A DNA stretch of 64,000 bases from an uncultured Clostridia bacterium. Lineage in GTDB: Bacteria; Bacillota; Clostridia; Christensenellales; UBA1242. The position numbers were made by a program, and so were the translations under genes. Positions 8,827 through 18,206 of the stretch are shown here, one piece after another. Location of the stretch: assembly GCA_934747255.1 (NCBI GenBank), contig CAKVGH010000002.1, positions 73,319-137,318 of the forward strand, written 5' to 3'. Each line of letters starts with the position of its first letter. Positions within the stretch are counted from its first letter, which is position 1. The notes beneath the pieces were generated by a model. That model saw only the letters and a program-made list of their open reading frames with translations, was not told the origin of the DNA and ran no database searches.

Positions 8827-10935
8827 ATGGAGAATTTTGAATTAGACGCGCAAAAGTATTTAGATACAGAAAACTTTACAAAACTTCAAAATTTTATTGA
8901 AAAAATACAAGAGCAAAACACCAGTGAAAACTATTTGAACAATTCGCTTGAAATTGCTCATATTTTATTGCCTTTAAGACTTGATTTTGACACTTATTCT
9001 GCTTGTATTTTATTGCCTTTTTTAAGGGAAGAATTTGTCTTTACAGAAGATTTTTTATCAACTTATGCCGAACAAATTGCACTAACTCAATCGGTTATTA
9101 AAATTTCAAATTTTGACTATACTAGTCAACAAACTGAAATGGACAATATTCGTTCAATGCTACTTGCCATCGCCAAAGATATTAGAGTTATGATTATAAG
9201 GCTTGCGGAAGTTCTTAACGAAGCAAGACACACAAAAGATTTGCCACCAGAAAAAGCAAAAAAACTTCATTTTGAAATCAAGGAGATTTATTCGCCTATT
9301 GCATCAAGATTGGGACTATCGTTTATAAAATCGGAACTAAACGACTTAAATATTTTTTATTACCACCCAAATGCATACAAAAAACTATTAAAACAGGTGG
9401 CAGAAACCACTCGAAATGGTGCAAAAAGAATAAATTCTGTTATTGAAAAAGTTAAACAAATAATGCAAAAATTGGGCATACAAGGTGATTGTTATGGCAG
9501 AGTTAAGCACATATCTAGTTTGTACAATAAGTTGCAGGAAAAAGGCAAAACAATTTCGCAAATATACGACCTTTGTGCATTGAGAGTTTTAGTGCCAGAG
9601 AAAAATGATTGTTATGCCATTATGAGTGCTATTCACACCGAATTTGTGCCATTAAATGGTCGTTTTAAGGACTACATTATTAGGCCAAAAGCAAATGGGT
9701 ATCAAAGTTTGCATACTGTTGTTTTAGTTGAAGATGAGCCACTAGAAATTCAAATTCGCACTTTTGAAATGCACAATCACGCTGAATATGGTATTGCGGC
9801 ACACTTTTTATATAAGGAACACAAAAACAAGTTGCAGGCAACAGATGACAAACTTTTATGGATACGAAAGTTGCTTGAAAACAAGGATAATAACTCGGCT
9901 TCAAACCTAATTGAAGAATTAAAAACCGATGTGTATTCGGGCGAAATTTTTGTTCAAACTCCGCTTGGAAAAGTTATTCAACTTGTCGAAAACTCTACAC
10001 CCATTGATTTTGCTTATGCCATTCACTCGGAAGTAGGTAACAAATGTGTTGGCGCAAAAATAAACGGCAAAATGATGCCACTTTCTACAACACTCGATAA
10101 CGGAGATGTGGTAGAGATTATTACCAGTCAAAACGCAAAAGGACCATCGAGAGATTGGTTAAAAATAGCAAAATCATCTAATGCACGAAACAGAATAAAT
10201 CAATTCTTCCGTCACGAAATGAAGGAAGAAAACATTAAAAAAGGCAAGTCAATTTTGGAACTTGCAGCCAAAACAAAAGGCTACAACTTAAAAGACTTGA
10301 TGGACGAAAAATGGCTAATTGATGTGCTTGAAAAATATGCTTTTCACACCGAAGATGAAATGTTTGCTTCGCTCGGCTATGGTAGTATAACTAGCACACA
10401 AATTGTAAACAAACTTATTGATTGTTACACAAAAAATGGTCAAAAACAAGATAGTGATTTGCCAAAAATAGTCACTGAAAAAGTTATTACAAACAAAGAC
10501 GATATTAGCGAACTTGGTGGAATGTTGGTTAAGTATGCAAAATGTTGTAGTCCAGTCCCTGGGGACGAAATTAAGGGCTATATTTCTCGTGGCAGTGGTG
10601 TAACAATTCATAGAGCAGATTGTCAAGCATTGGCATCGCTTGAACAAGATAGACTAATAGATGTAACTTGGGGCGAGAATAGTTATAATAATGGCTCATA
10701 TCAAGCAAGTTTAAGGCTATTTGTTGACAATAAACCGGGTGTTCTTGCAAGTATATCAACAAAAATTAGCGAAAACAAAATTAACATTACCAAAATTGTA
10801 AGTTTGCCATCAAACAACAAAGAAGCAATAATTGATATTGCCTTTTATGTGTCGTCTAAACAACAACTTGATGACTTTATTAACAAATTGTCGGCACTAT
10901 CTATTGTAAATAATATTGTAAGGGGCGGTAAGTAA
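8827..10935 (+). CDS. relA: long RelA/SpoT-homologue (p)ppGpp synthetase with degenerate HD domain
   Basis: Synthetase motifs GRVKHISSLYNK, RFKDYIIRPKANGYQSLHTVV and EIQIRTFEMH are present. TGS (VYSGEIFVQTPLGKV) and a C-terminal ACT-like domain are present. HD residues are substituted (see findings). Confidence 0.9.
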   Translation: MENFELDAQKYLDTENFTKLQNFIEKIQEQNTSENYLNNSLEIAHILLPLRLDFDTYSACILLPFLREEFVFTEDFLSTYAEQIALTQSVIKISNFDYTSQQTEMDNIRSMLLAIAKDIRVMIIRLAEVLNEARHTKDLPPEKAKKLHFEIKEIYSPIASRLGLSFIKSELNDLNIFYYHPNAYKKLLKQVAETTRNGAKRINSVIEKVKQIMQKLGIQGDCYGRVKHISSLYNKLQEKGKTISQIYDLCALRVLVPEKNDCYAIMSAIHTEFVPLNGRFKDYIIRPKANGYQSLHTVVLVEDEPLEIQIRTFEMHNHAEYGIAAHFLYKEHKNKLQATDDKLLWIRKLLENKDNNSASNLIEELKTDVYSGEIFVQTPLGKVIQLVENSTPIDFAYAIHSEVGNKCVGAKINGKMMPLSTTLDNGDVVEIITSQNAKGPSRDWLKIAKSSNARNRINQFFRHEMKEENIKKGKSILELAAKTKGYNLKDLMDEKWLIDVLEKYAFHTEDEMFASLGYGSITSTQIVNKLIDCYTKNGQKQDSDLPKIVTEKVITNKDDISELGGMLVKYAKCCSPVPGDEIKGYISRGSGVTIHRADCQALASLEQDRLIDVTWGENSYNNGSYQASLRLFVDNKPGVLASISTKISENKINITKIVSLPSNNKEAIIDIAFYVSSKQQLDDFINKLSALSIVNNIVRGGK

Positions 10936-12326
10936 TGCGACTTATTCTCAATAATAATGAATTTGAGCCTGATTTTATGGAAATTATAAATATGTTCTTC
11001 CCTGTAAACGAAGAACATAAAGAAACCATAAAAATGGACTATGAAATACTTGATAATGAGATTAAATCTCACATTTTGTTGCAAAATTTGGACTTAAATA
11101 AAGAATATGATTTTGTAGAAAACAAAAACGAATATCAATCAAACAAAACAATACTAAAACACTGCTTGTACAAGGCACTTTCAAATTATAAAAGCAAGGA
11201 ATTGCCTTGGGGGTGCTTGACTGGAATTAGACCAACAAAATTGTGCTACGATTTAATAAAAAAAGGCATAAAAAAATTAAGTCTAGTAAACTTTTTGAAA
11301 AACTATTATTCTGTTAGCGAAGATAAGGCAAAACTTTGTCTTGATATCATTCAAAATCAACAACCACTTGAACAAAATGACCATTTAGTTGATTTTTATG
11401 TAAACATTCCATTTTGTACAACAAGATGTTCTTATTGCAGTTTCATTTCTGCCGAGATTGGTAAAAATGAGTGTCTAGTAAAGCCTTATGTTGATGCCCT
11501 GCTTAACGAAATCGAAAGCACAAAGCAAATTATAAGGGACAAGCATTTGATTGTAAAAAGTGTTTATTTTGGCGGTGGTACGCCAACATCTTTGCCAACA
11601 AGCGAACTTGAAAGAATTTTGTCTGCAACTTGCTTTGGAACTGATGAATTTACAGTTGAAGCGGGCAGACCAGACACTATTACGAGAGAAAAATTGGAAC
11701 TATTAAAAAAATATAATGTGTCACGCATAAGTGTTAATCCACAATCGTTTAACGAAAAGGTGTTAAAAGCCATTGGAAGAAATCATACCGCAAAGCAAAC
11801 TCTTGATGCGTTTAATATGGCTAGGGAATTTGGCTTTCAAATAAATATGGATTTAATTGCAGGCTTGCCAAAGGAAACCTTAAAGAGTTTTAAGGAAAAT
11901 ATTGACATTTGTATGCATTTGTCACCAGAAAACATCACGGTTCACACTTTGGCATTAAAGCGTGGTAGTACATTTGCAAACGAAAACGCAGATATTTTCA
12001 AAAAACCATTGACCGAAAAAATGCAGGAATACGCACACGAACAAATTACAAAAAATGGCTACTTGCCATACTATTTGTATCGTCAAAAAAATATGGTGGG
12101 AAATTTGCAAAATATAGGTTACTGCAAACCAAAAACCAAATGTGATTTTAACATTGATAGTATGGAAGAAACAGTATCAGTTTTGGCTTGTGGTGCAAAT
12201 GCTATTTCAAAGCGAATTTATAATCTAGAAAACCGCATTGAAAGATATGCAAATTGCAAAGATATTAAAACTTATATTAACAAAGTGCCAGAGATAAATG
12301 CTCAAAAGAAAAAATTATTTGAATAA
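10935..12326 (+). CDS. HemN/HemZ-family radical SAM oxidoreductase (coproporphyrinogen dehydrogenase-like)
   Basis: Radical SAM CTTRCSYCSF (CxxxCxxC) and GGGTPT are present. The ATG overlaps the rel stop (TAATG). Confidence 0.75.
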   Translation: MRLILNNNEFEPDFMEIINMFFPVNEEHKETIKMDYEILDNEIKSHILLQNLDLNKEYDFVENKNEYQSNKTILKHCLYKALSNYKSKELPWGCLTGIRPTKLCYDLIKKGIKKLSLVNFLKNYYSVSEDKAKLCLDIIQNQQPLEQNDHLVDFYVNIPFCTTRCSYCSFISAEIGKNECLVKPYVDALLNEIESTKQIIRDKHLIVKSVYFGGGTPTSLPTSELERILSATCFGTDEFTVEAGRPDTITREKLELLKKYNVSRISVNPQSFNEKVLKAIGRNHTAKQTLDAFNMAREFGFQINMDLIAGLPKETLKSFKENIDICMHLSPENITVHTLALKRGSTFANENADIFKKPLTEKMQEYAHEQITKNGYLPYYLYRQKNMVGNLQNIGYCKPKTKCDFNIDSMEETVSVLACGANAISKRIYNLENRIERYANCKDIKTYINKVPEINAQKKKLFE

Positions 12327-12416
12327 TTCAAAACAATTATTTTCAAAACTGAATTTTCTATTAAAATTTTACAAAGTTTAATCACTTTTATTATATTTTA
12401 TATAATAATTTGAGTA

Positions 12417-12445
12417 TTGACATCATACATATTGTATGCTAAAAT
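12417..12445 (+). promoter_or_regulatory. sigma-A type promoter with extended TGAGTA element and a palindrome in the spacer
   Basis: TTGACA (12417-12422), 17 nt, TAAAT-type -10 TAAAAT (12440-12445). The 15-bp palindrome CATACATATTGTATG (12424-12438) lies in the spacer. Confidence 0.6.
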
Positions 12446-12464
12446 TTAATAGAAGGGAAATATT

Positions 12465-12980
12465 ATGACATTTGAATATAAAAAAGAAAACTTTAACAAA
12501 CAATCATCTAATCATTGGAAAGAAAAGATAGAACAAATAAGAGAATTGAAAAAAGCAATCGCTGATTTAGCTTTAACTACAAAAGAATGTTATTTTTGGC
12601 TTGGTAAAATGCCAAAGAGCATTGAAATGGGCTATATTTACCTTTTAATTCTTAATTGTAATAACGAGAAAAGATTTAATGTTTTAGGACAAGTAATGGT
12701 TGATTTTATTGACGAACTTTCCATCAACCCAAGTGATATTCTAGGTGCTTTTTCAATTAAAAATGCTCAATTTTATGTTAAATTTTGTGACGAGTTTTAT
12801 AGTACTAAAACCAAAAAAAGATTAAAACAAATTATTAACGAAACATACAAAAAAGGTTACCATTATTACCAACAAGAACAAAAATTAAAACAAAAGCAGG
12901 AAAGAGAAAAAAATAAGGAATTATTGCAAAAGAAAGACAAGGAATTGCTTAAAAATATTGACGAATTGCAAAAATATTAA
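12465..12980 (+). CDS. hypothetical protein, Lys/Glu-rich C-terminal coiled coil
   Basis: 171-aa ORF with its own consensus promoter, SD agaaggg and its own terminator. No family recognised. Confidence 0.6.
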   Translation: MTFEYKKENFNKQSSNHWKEKIEQIRELKKAIADLALTTKECYFWLGKMPKSIEMGYIYLLILNCNNEKRFNVLGQVMVDFIDELSINPSDILGAFSIKNAQFYVKFCDEFYSTKTKKRLKQIINETYKKGYHYYQQEQKLKQKQEREKNKELLQKKDKELLKNIDELQKY

Positions 12981-12987
12981 GTTAAAA

Positions 12988-13014
12988 AAGGTTGAAAGAT
13001 TTTCAGCCTTTTTT
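12988..13014 (+). terminator. intrinsic terminator
   Basis: aaggttgaa (12988-12996) / ttcagcctt (13002-13010) with one G-U pair, then a T-run. Confidence 0.7.
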
Positions 13015-13108
13015 ATTTGTTTTTAGAAGTAAAAAATTTATTGAAAAAATTTTGATAACAATTATAACAGCACTAAATATGCTTAAAAAAATTATTTTTC
13101 AAATTTAC

Positions 13109-13137
13109 TTTACATTTATTAAAATATATGTTATTAT
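13109..13137 (+). promoter_or_regulatory. candidate rpsO promoter
   Basis: TTTACA (13109-13114), 17 nt, TATTAT (13132-13137). Confidence 0.45.
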
Positions 13138-13147
13138 AAATCGTTCC

Positions 13148-13192
13148 ATAAACAAGGGTGCAAGTTATCTCCAAACGGCTATCTTTGTTTAT
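13148..13192 (+). promoter_or_regulatory. structured rpsO 5' leader hairpin (candidate S15 autoregulatory element)
   Basis: ataaacaa (13148-13155) pairs with ttgtttat (13185-13192), between the predicted TSS and the rpsO SD. Confidence 0.35.
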
Positions 13193-13223
13193 TGGTGAAA
13201 ATTTTAATAAGGAGAACACAAAA

Positions 13224-13475
13224 ATGACAAAACAAGAAATCATCAAAGAATATCAACTTAAAGACGGTGATACAGGTTCTGCAGAAGTTCAAATTGCTTT
13301 GCTTTCAGCAAGAATTGCTCATTTAACAGAGCATCTTAAAACAAACAAGCAAGACAACCACTCTCGTAGAGGTCTTTTCAAAATGGTTGGTAAGAGAGCA
13401 AGTTTGCTTAAATACCTTGAAAAAGTTGATATCGAAAGATATCGTGCCATCAAATCAAAACTTGGCATTAGATAA
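13224..13475 (+). CDS. rpsO: 30S ribosomal protein S15
   Basis: Start moved to the ATG at 13224 after aaggag. [51 protein letters not shown] is canonical S15. Confidence 0.95.
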   Translation: MTKQEIIKEYQLKDGDTGSAEVQIALLSARIAHLTEHLKTNKQDNHSRRGLFKMVGKRASLLKYLEKVDIERYRAIKSKLGIR

Positions 13476-13602
13476 CACATCAATTAAAGGGGGACAAATT
13501 TTTTGTTTCCCTTTTTTGAATTTTTAACAAATAGATTTTTGGAGAAAATCTAAATCGGGACAACCACTTTTCGAGAAGGGTAAAAGTGGGAAAGGAGTAA
13601 AA

Positions 13603-15687
13603 ATGGAATTAGGAAAAAAATTTGAAACAGAAATTGGCGGAAGAAAAGTTTCAGTCGAAACAGGCAAGTATTGTGGTCAAGCAAACGGCTCTGTTATCGT
13701 TAGGTGTGGCGATACTGTTGTTATGGTAAACACAACAATGGCAAAAGAACCAAGACCAGCGATTGATTTCTTCCCACTTGGCGTTGACTACGAAGAAAAA
13801 ATGTATTCAGTAGGCAAAATACCGGGCGGATTTAAGCGTAGAGAAGGTAGAGCAAGCGATAAGGCTATTTTAACATCTCGTCTTATCGACAGACCTTTAA
13901 GACCACTTTTTGATAAGGGATTTTATAACGATGTAGCTGTTGTTGCTACTCCTTTATCAGTTGACCAAGATATTATGCCAGAAACATTGGCTATGCTTGG
14001 CTCATCAATCGCATTATCAATCAGTGATATACCATTCTGCGGACCAACAGGGTCAGTTGTAGTTGGTTTGGTTGATGGAGAATATGTTATCAACCCAACA
14101 CTTGCTCAAAGAGAAAAATCAAGAATGCACTTGACAGTATCTGGTACAAAGGAAGCCGTTTTGATGGTAGAAGCAGGAGCAAAGGAAGTTACCGAAGAAG
14201 AAATGCTTAAAGGTATTTTGTTTGCTCATCAAGAAATCAAAAAACAAGTTGCTTTTGTTGAAGACATAGTTAAACAAATTGGCAAAGAAAAAATCGTTCC
14301 AAATGTTTATCGTGTGCCAGACGAAATTCAAGCAAAAGTTGATGAATACGCACTATCAAAGATGGAAAAAATTTTTGAATGCTACAATCGTCAAGAACGA
14401 AACAAACTTGAAGAAGAATTAGAAGCAGAAGTTCAAGAACATTTCAAAGATATTTTTGTAGAACAAGAAAAAGATATTTCAAATGCTCTTTACAATGAGA
14501 AAAAACACATTGTAAGAGATAAAATTATCAACAAAGGTATTCGTCCTGACGGCAGAAAAATTGACGAAATTCGTCCAATTTGGTGCGAAGCTGGGGTGCT
14601 TCCAAGAGTTCACGGCAGTGGCGTGTTCACTCGTGGTCAAACACAAGTTTTAACAACTTGTACACTCGGTATGCTTGCAGATATGCAAAAACTTGAAGGT
14701 CTTGACGAAGAAGACGAAAAGAGATATATGCATCACTACAATATGCCACCATATTCAACAGGCGAAGCAAAGCCATTAAAGAGTCCGGGTAGACGAGAAA
14801 TTGGACACGGTGCACTTGCAGAAAGGGCGCTAGAACCTGTTTTGCCTAGCGAAGAAGAATTCCCTTACGCTATTAGAACAGTAAGTGAAGTTTTGAGTTC
14901 AAACGGTTCAACAAGTCAAGCATCAGTTTGTGGTTCAACACTTGCTTTGATGGACGCAGGTGTGCCTATTAAAGCCCCAGTTGCTGGTATTGCAATGGGT
15001 CTTATGAAAGACAAGGAAAACGGCAAAGTTGTGGTTTTAAGCGATATTCAAGGACTTGAAGATTTCTTTGGCGATATGGACTTTAAGGTTGCAGGTACAA
15101 CAAAGGGTATTACAGCCATTCAAATGGATATTAAAATTCACGGAATTGACGAAGCAATTTTGAGAGAAGCACTTGAAAGAGCAAGAGTAGGAAGATTGTA
15201 TATTTTAGGTAAAATGATGGAAGCCATCAGCGAACCAAGAAAATCACTTTCTCCTTATGCTCCAAAAATTATTTCATTCAACATTGACCCCGACAAAATT
15301 GGCGATGTAATTGGAAAACAAGGTGCAGTTATCAACAAAATTATTGAACAAACTGGCGTTAAAATTGATATTGACGATGACGGAAAAGTTTGCGTTGCAT
15401 CAACAGACGAACTTATGAACCAAAAGGCAAAGAATATTATTTTGTCTATCGCCGAAGATTTGGAAAAAGGCAAAAAATATCAAGGCACAGTTGTAAGAAT
15501 TATGCAATTTGGTGCGTTTGTAGAAGTTGCTCCAACAAAAGAAGGTATGATTCACATTTCAAAACTTTCAGATAAGAGAGTTGAAAAGGTAGAAGATGTT
15601 GTTAATATCGGCGACAAGGTAGAAGTTGAAGTTATCAAGATTGACGAAAAGGGCAGAGTTGACCTTAAACTAATCAAAAAACTTTAA
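13603..15687 (+). CDS. pnp: polyribonucleotide nucleotidyltransferase (PNPase)
   Basis: Two RNase PH domains, a KH domain ([15 protein letters not shown]) and an S1 domain ([15 protein letters not shown]). Follows rpsO. Confidence 0.95.
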   Translation: MELGKKFETEIGGRKVSVETGKYCGQANGSVIVRCGDTVVMVNTTMAKEPRPAIDFFPLGVDYEEKMYSVGKIPGGFKRREGRASDKAILTSRLIDRPLRPLFDKGFYNDVAVVATPLSVDQDIMPETLAMLGSSIALSISDIPFCGPTGSVVVGLVDGEYVINPTLAQREKSRMHLTVSGTKEAVLMVEAGAKEVTEEEMLKGILFAHQEIKKQVAFVEDIVKQIGKEKIVPNVYRVPDEIQAKVDEYALSKMEKIFECYNRQERNKLEEELEAEVQEHFKDIFVEQEKDISNALYNEKKHIVRDKIINKGIRPDGRKIDEIRPIWCEAGVLPRVHGSGVFTRGQTQVLTTCTLGMLADMQKLEGLDEEDEKRYMHHYNMPPYSTGEAKPLKSPGRREIGHGALAERALEPVLPSEEEFPYAIRTVSEVLSSNGSTSQASVCGSTLALMDAGVPIKAPVAGIAMGLMKDKENGKVVVLSDIQGLEDFFGDMDFKVAGTTKGITAIQMDIKIHGIDEAILREALERARVGRLYILGKMMEAISEPRKSLSPYAPKIISFNIDPDKIGDVIGKQGAVINKIIEQTGVKIDIDDDGKVCVASTDELMNQKAKNIILSIAEDLEKGKKYQGTVVRIMQFGAFVEVAPTKEGMIHISKLSDKRVEKVEDVVNIGDKVEVEVIKIDEKGRVDLKLIKKL

Positions 15688-15742
15688 TTTAATCTTTGAT
15701 TAAAATTAAATGCTTAATTTAGCATTTGTAAAATTTAGCAAA

Positions 15743-15777
15743 AAAACCACTCGGTATTTATTCTCGGGTGGTTTTTT
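15743..15777 (+). terminator. intrinsic terminator after pnp
   Basis: ccactcg (15747-15753) / cgggtgg (15765-15771, one G-U pair), followed by TTTTTT. Confidence 0.7.
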
Positions 15778-15798
15778 GTAGTATAAAATCTGCAATTA

Positions 15799-15827
15799 TT
15801 AAAAAAACAATGTAAAATTACATTGTT
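15799..15827 (-). terminator. intrinsic terminator of the 83-aa gene; hairpin includes its stop codon
   Basis: aacaatgtaa (15806-15815) / ttacattgtt (15818-15827). The A-run at 15801-15805 reads as a T-run on the minus strand. Confidence 0.65.
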
Positions 15828-16069
15828 TTTTCGTCTTCGATTTCTTTGATAATTTCTCTTCTTTTAAGTTCTTCCTGGCAAATTTCAATTTTTGTAATTA
15901 AGTCGTTTTGTTCGTCAATTAAAGTTTTAGAAATTTGTCTGCCTGCTTCGTGAAGTTCAAACATTGTTTGTTCTAGTTCTTTGCTAGATTCTGTGTGAAC
16001 TTGAATTCTGTTAAGAATGCTCTTGTTGCTTTCTTTTGAAATCTCTCTTCTAAATTTTGCTTTGTTCAT
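15818..16069 (-). CDS. hypothetical small coiled-coil protein
   Basis: 83-aa ORF with SD aaggag 8 nt upstream, its own consensus promoter and its own terminator. No family recognised. Confidence 0.55.
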   Translation of the reverse strand: MNKAKFRREISKESNKSILNRIQVHTESSKELEQTMFELHEAGRQISKTLIDEQNDLITKIEICQEELKRREIIKEIEDEKTM

Positions 16070-16093
16070 AAAAAATCTCCTTAAATTATCTAT

Positions 16094-16122
16094 ATTTTAA
16101 TATAGATGTTACTATTTGTCAA
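16094..16122 (-). promoter_or_regulatory. sigma-A type promoter with TGAGTA extension and a palindrome over the -10
   Basis: Minus strand: TGAGTATTGACAA (16128-16116), 17 nt, TAAAAT (16099-16094). The 20-bp palindrome ATCTATATTTTAATATAGAT spans 16088-16107. Confidence 0.6.
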
Positions 16123-16206
16123 TACTCACTTTTACTATTTTTACTAATTTTTAGGTCATTCAATAACAAAAATTTTATAATAATTTAATAAAAATATATT
16201 TTATTG

Positions 16207-16235
16207 TTGACAAGCCTATTCTTATGGTGTAATAT
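16207..16235 (+). promoter_or_regulatory. sigma-A type promoter of the ylxM-ffh-rpsP-ylqC operon
   Basis: TTGACA (16207-16212), 17 nt, TAATAT (16230-16235). Confidence 0.55.
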
Positions 16236-16262
16236 ATAGGTGTAAAGTAAAAATGCTTTACT

Positions 16263-16574
16263 ATGGATATGAGATTAGAAAAAGTTATTTTACTCAGTAA
16301 TTTGTTTGATTTGTACGGCGTTTTGCTCACTCAAAAGCAACAGCAAATTTTTAAGTGTTACTATTTTGACGATATTAGTTTGAGTGAGATTGCACAGATG
16401 TACGACATATCAAAACAAGCGGTAAAAGATAGTTTGGACAAATCTCAAAAAATATTGCTAGAATACGAAGATAAACTTAACATTCAGTCAAAACTAGACC
16501 AGACGGACAAGGTTTTGAGTGGCTGTGGAGAAGAAATAAAAAAACAAATAAAAAAAATTTGGAAGGAGAATTAA
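16263..16574 (+). CDS. ylxM: YlxM/p13-like helix-turn-helix protein (UPF0122)
   Basis: LLTQKQQQIFKCYYFDDISLSEIAQMYDISKQAVKDSL matches the YlxM HTH region. Lies immediately upstream of ffh. Confidence 0.75.
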   Translation: MDMRLEKVILLSNLFDLYGVLLTQKQQQIFKCYYFDDISLSEIAQMYDISKQAVKDSLDKSQKILLEYEDKLNIQSKLDQTDKVLSGCGEEIKKQIKKIWKEN

Positions 16575-17891
16575 ATGTCAGCATTTAGTTCGCTCAGCGA
16601 GCGAATATCACATATCTTTTCAAAACTAACCAAGCGTGGAAAGTTAACCGAACTAGAAATCAAGGAAGCAATGCGAGAAATTCGTGTAGCTTTGCTTGAA
16701 GCCGATGTAAACTTTCTTGTCGTTAAAGATTTGGTCAATAAAATTTCGGCAAAAGCGGTTGGTCAAAAGGTTTTGGAAAGTTTAACACCAGGACAGCAAG
16801 TTATAAAAATTGTTAATGAAGAACTTGTTGAACTAATGGGCGGAACAAACACAAAACTTCAAGTTGCACCAAACCCACCAACAATCATTATGATGTGTGG
16901 ACTTCAAGGTGCAGGAAAGACCACTATGTGTGGAAAACTTGCTTTAATGCTCAAAAAACAAGGCAAAAAACCTTTGCTTGTTGGTTGCGATATTTATCGT
17001 CCAGCAGCAATCAACCAATTAAAAGTTGTTGCCAAAGGTATTGATGTTCCAGTTTTTGAACAAGGCACACAAAATCCAGCAAAAACCAGCAAAGAAGCCA
17101 TTGAATATGCAAAAAAATATGCTCTTGATACAGTAATTATTGATACAGCGGGACGACTTCAAATTGACGAAAAGTTGATGCAAGAACTAAAAGACATCAA
17201 GTCAGCAGTTAATCCTACCGAAATATTACTCGTTGTTGATAGTATGACAGGTCAAGAAGCGGTTAATGTTGCATCAAGTTTTAATGATGACCTTGATGTT
17301 ACTGGCGTTATTTTAACAAAACTTGATGGCGATACTCGTGGCGGTGCTGCCCTATCAATCAAAGCGGTTACTGGAAAGCCTATTAAATTTTGTGGTATTG
17401 GCGAAAAAATGAATGATTTAGAGCCTTTCTATCCAGACCGTATGGCGTCACGAATTTTGGGTATGGGCGATGTTCTAACCTTAATCGAAAAAGCTCAACA
17501 AGCCGTTGATGAAAAGCAGATGGTCGAAATGGAAAAGAAGTTTAGAGAAAACTCTTTCACATTTGAAGATTACCTTGTGCAAATGGAAAATATGAAAAAA
17601 ATGGGTGACCTAAAAGGTTTGCTTGGAATGATACCGGGACTTGGTAGTAAGTTAAAAAATATTGATATTGACGAAAAACAACTTGCACGCAACAAAGCAA
17701 TCATTCAAAGTATGACCCCAAAGGAAAGACAAAATCCAGAAATCATCAAAGCGTCAAACAGACAGCGAATTGCCAAGGGTAGCGGAACAACTATTCAAGA
17801 TGTCAACCAACTACTCAAACAATTTGAACAGTCAAAAGAACTTATGAAACAAATGAAAAATGGCAAAGGTATGTCAAGATTTAAGTTCTAA
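16575..17891 (+). CDS. ffh: signal recognition particle protein Ffh
   Basis: GLQGAGKTT, DTAGR, TKLDGDTRGGAALS and a Met-rich M domain. Confidence 0.95.
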   Translation: MSAFSSLSERISHIFSKLTKRGKLTELEIKEAMREIRVALLEADVNFLVVKDLVNKISAKAVGQKVLESLTPGQQVIKIVNEELVELMGGTNTKLQVAPNPPTIIMMCGLQGAGKTTMCGKLALMLKKQGKKPLLVGCDIYRPAAINQLKVVAKGIDVPVFEQGTQNPAKTSKEAIEYAKKYALDTVIIDTAGRLQIDEKLMQELKDIKSAVNPTEILLVVDSMTGQEAVNVASSFNDDLDVTGVILTKLDGDTRGGAALSIKAVTGKPIKFCGIGEKMNDLEPFYPDRMASRILGMGDVLTLIEKAQQAVDEKQMVEMEKKFRENSFTFEDYLVQMENMKKMGDLKGLLGMIPGLGSKLKNIDIDEKQLARNKAIIQSMTPKERQNPEIIKASNRQRIAKGSGTTIQDVNQLLKQFEQSKELMKQMKNGKGMSRFKF

Positions 17892-17955
17892 AAAAAATCG
17901 GTAATCACACATAGAAATATGTTTGATATATAAAAAAACAAAAAGGAGAAAATTT

Positions 17956-18198
17956 ATGGTAAAAATTAGATTAACAAGACTTGGCGACAAGAAAACTCCA
18001 TTTTATAGAGTTGTAGTTGCTGACCAAAGAAGAGCAAGAGATGGCAAGTTCATCGAAGTTATTGGAACATATAACCCACTTGCAAAACCAGAAGAAATCA
18101 AAATTGATACTGAAAGAGCGAACTACTGGCTAAAAAATGGTGCTCAACCAACAGATACTGTTAAAGATTTATTAAAAAAAGCCAATGATGCCAAGTAG
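17956..18198 (+). CDS. rpsP: 30S ribosomal protein S16
   Basis: Start moved to the ATG at 17956 after aaggag. [34 protein letters not shown] is canonical S16. Confidence 0.95.
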   Translation: MVKIRLTRLGDKKTPFYRVVVADQRRARDGKFIEVIGTYNPLAKPEEIKIDTERANYWLKNGAQPTDTVKDLLKKANDAK

Positions 18199-18206
18199 GA
18201 GTCAGT

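Noticed and set aside
12992-13198. 68-aa ORF in the spacer upstream of rpsO, plus the track's N-terminal extension of rpsO from 13158.
   Set aside because: It overlaps the upstream terminator, the predicted rpsO promoter and the leader hairpin, and has no SD. The canonical S15 N-terminus starts at 13224 behind a good SD.
16238-16265. A hairpin, gtaaag (16242-16247) / ctttac (16256-16261), between an AGGTG and the ylxM start codon. Considered as a structured SD-spacer element.
   Set aside because: The predicted TSS from the 16207-16235 promoter falls at or after the AGGTG, so that SD may not be transcribed. The 6-bp AT-rich stem is weak, and there is not enough support to call a regulatory feature.
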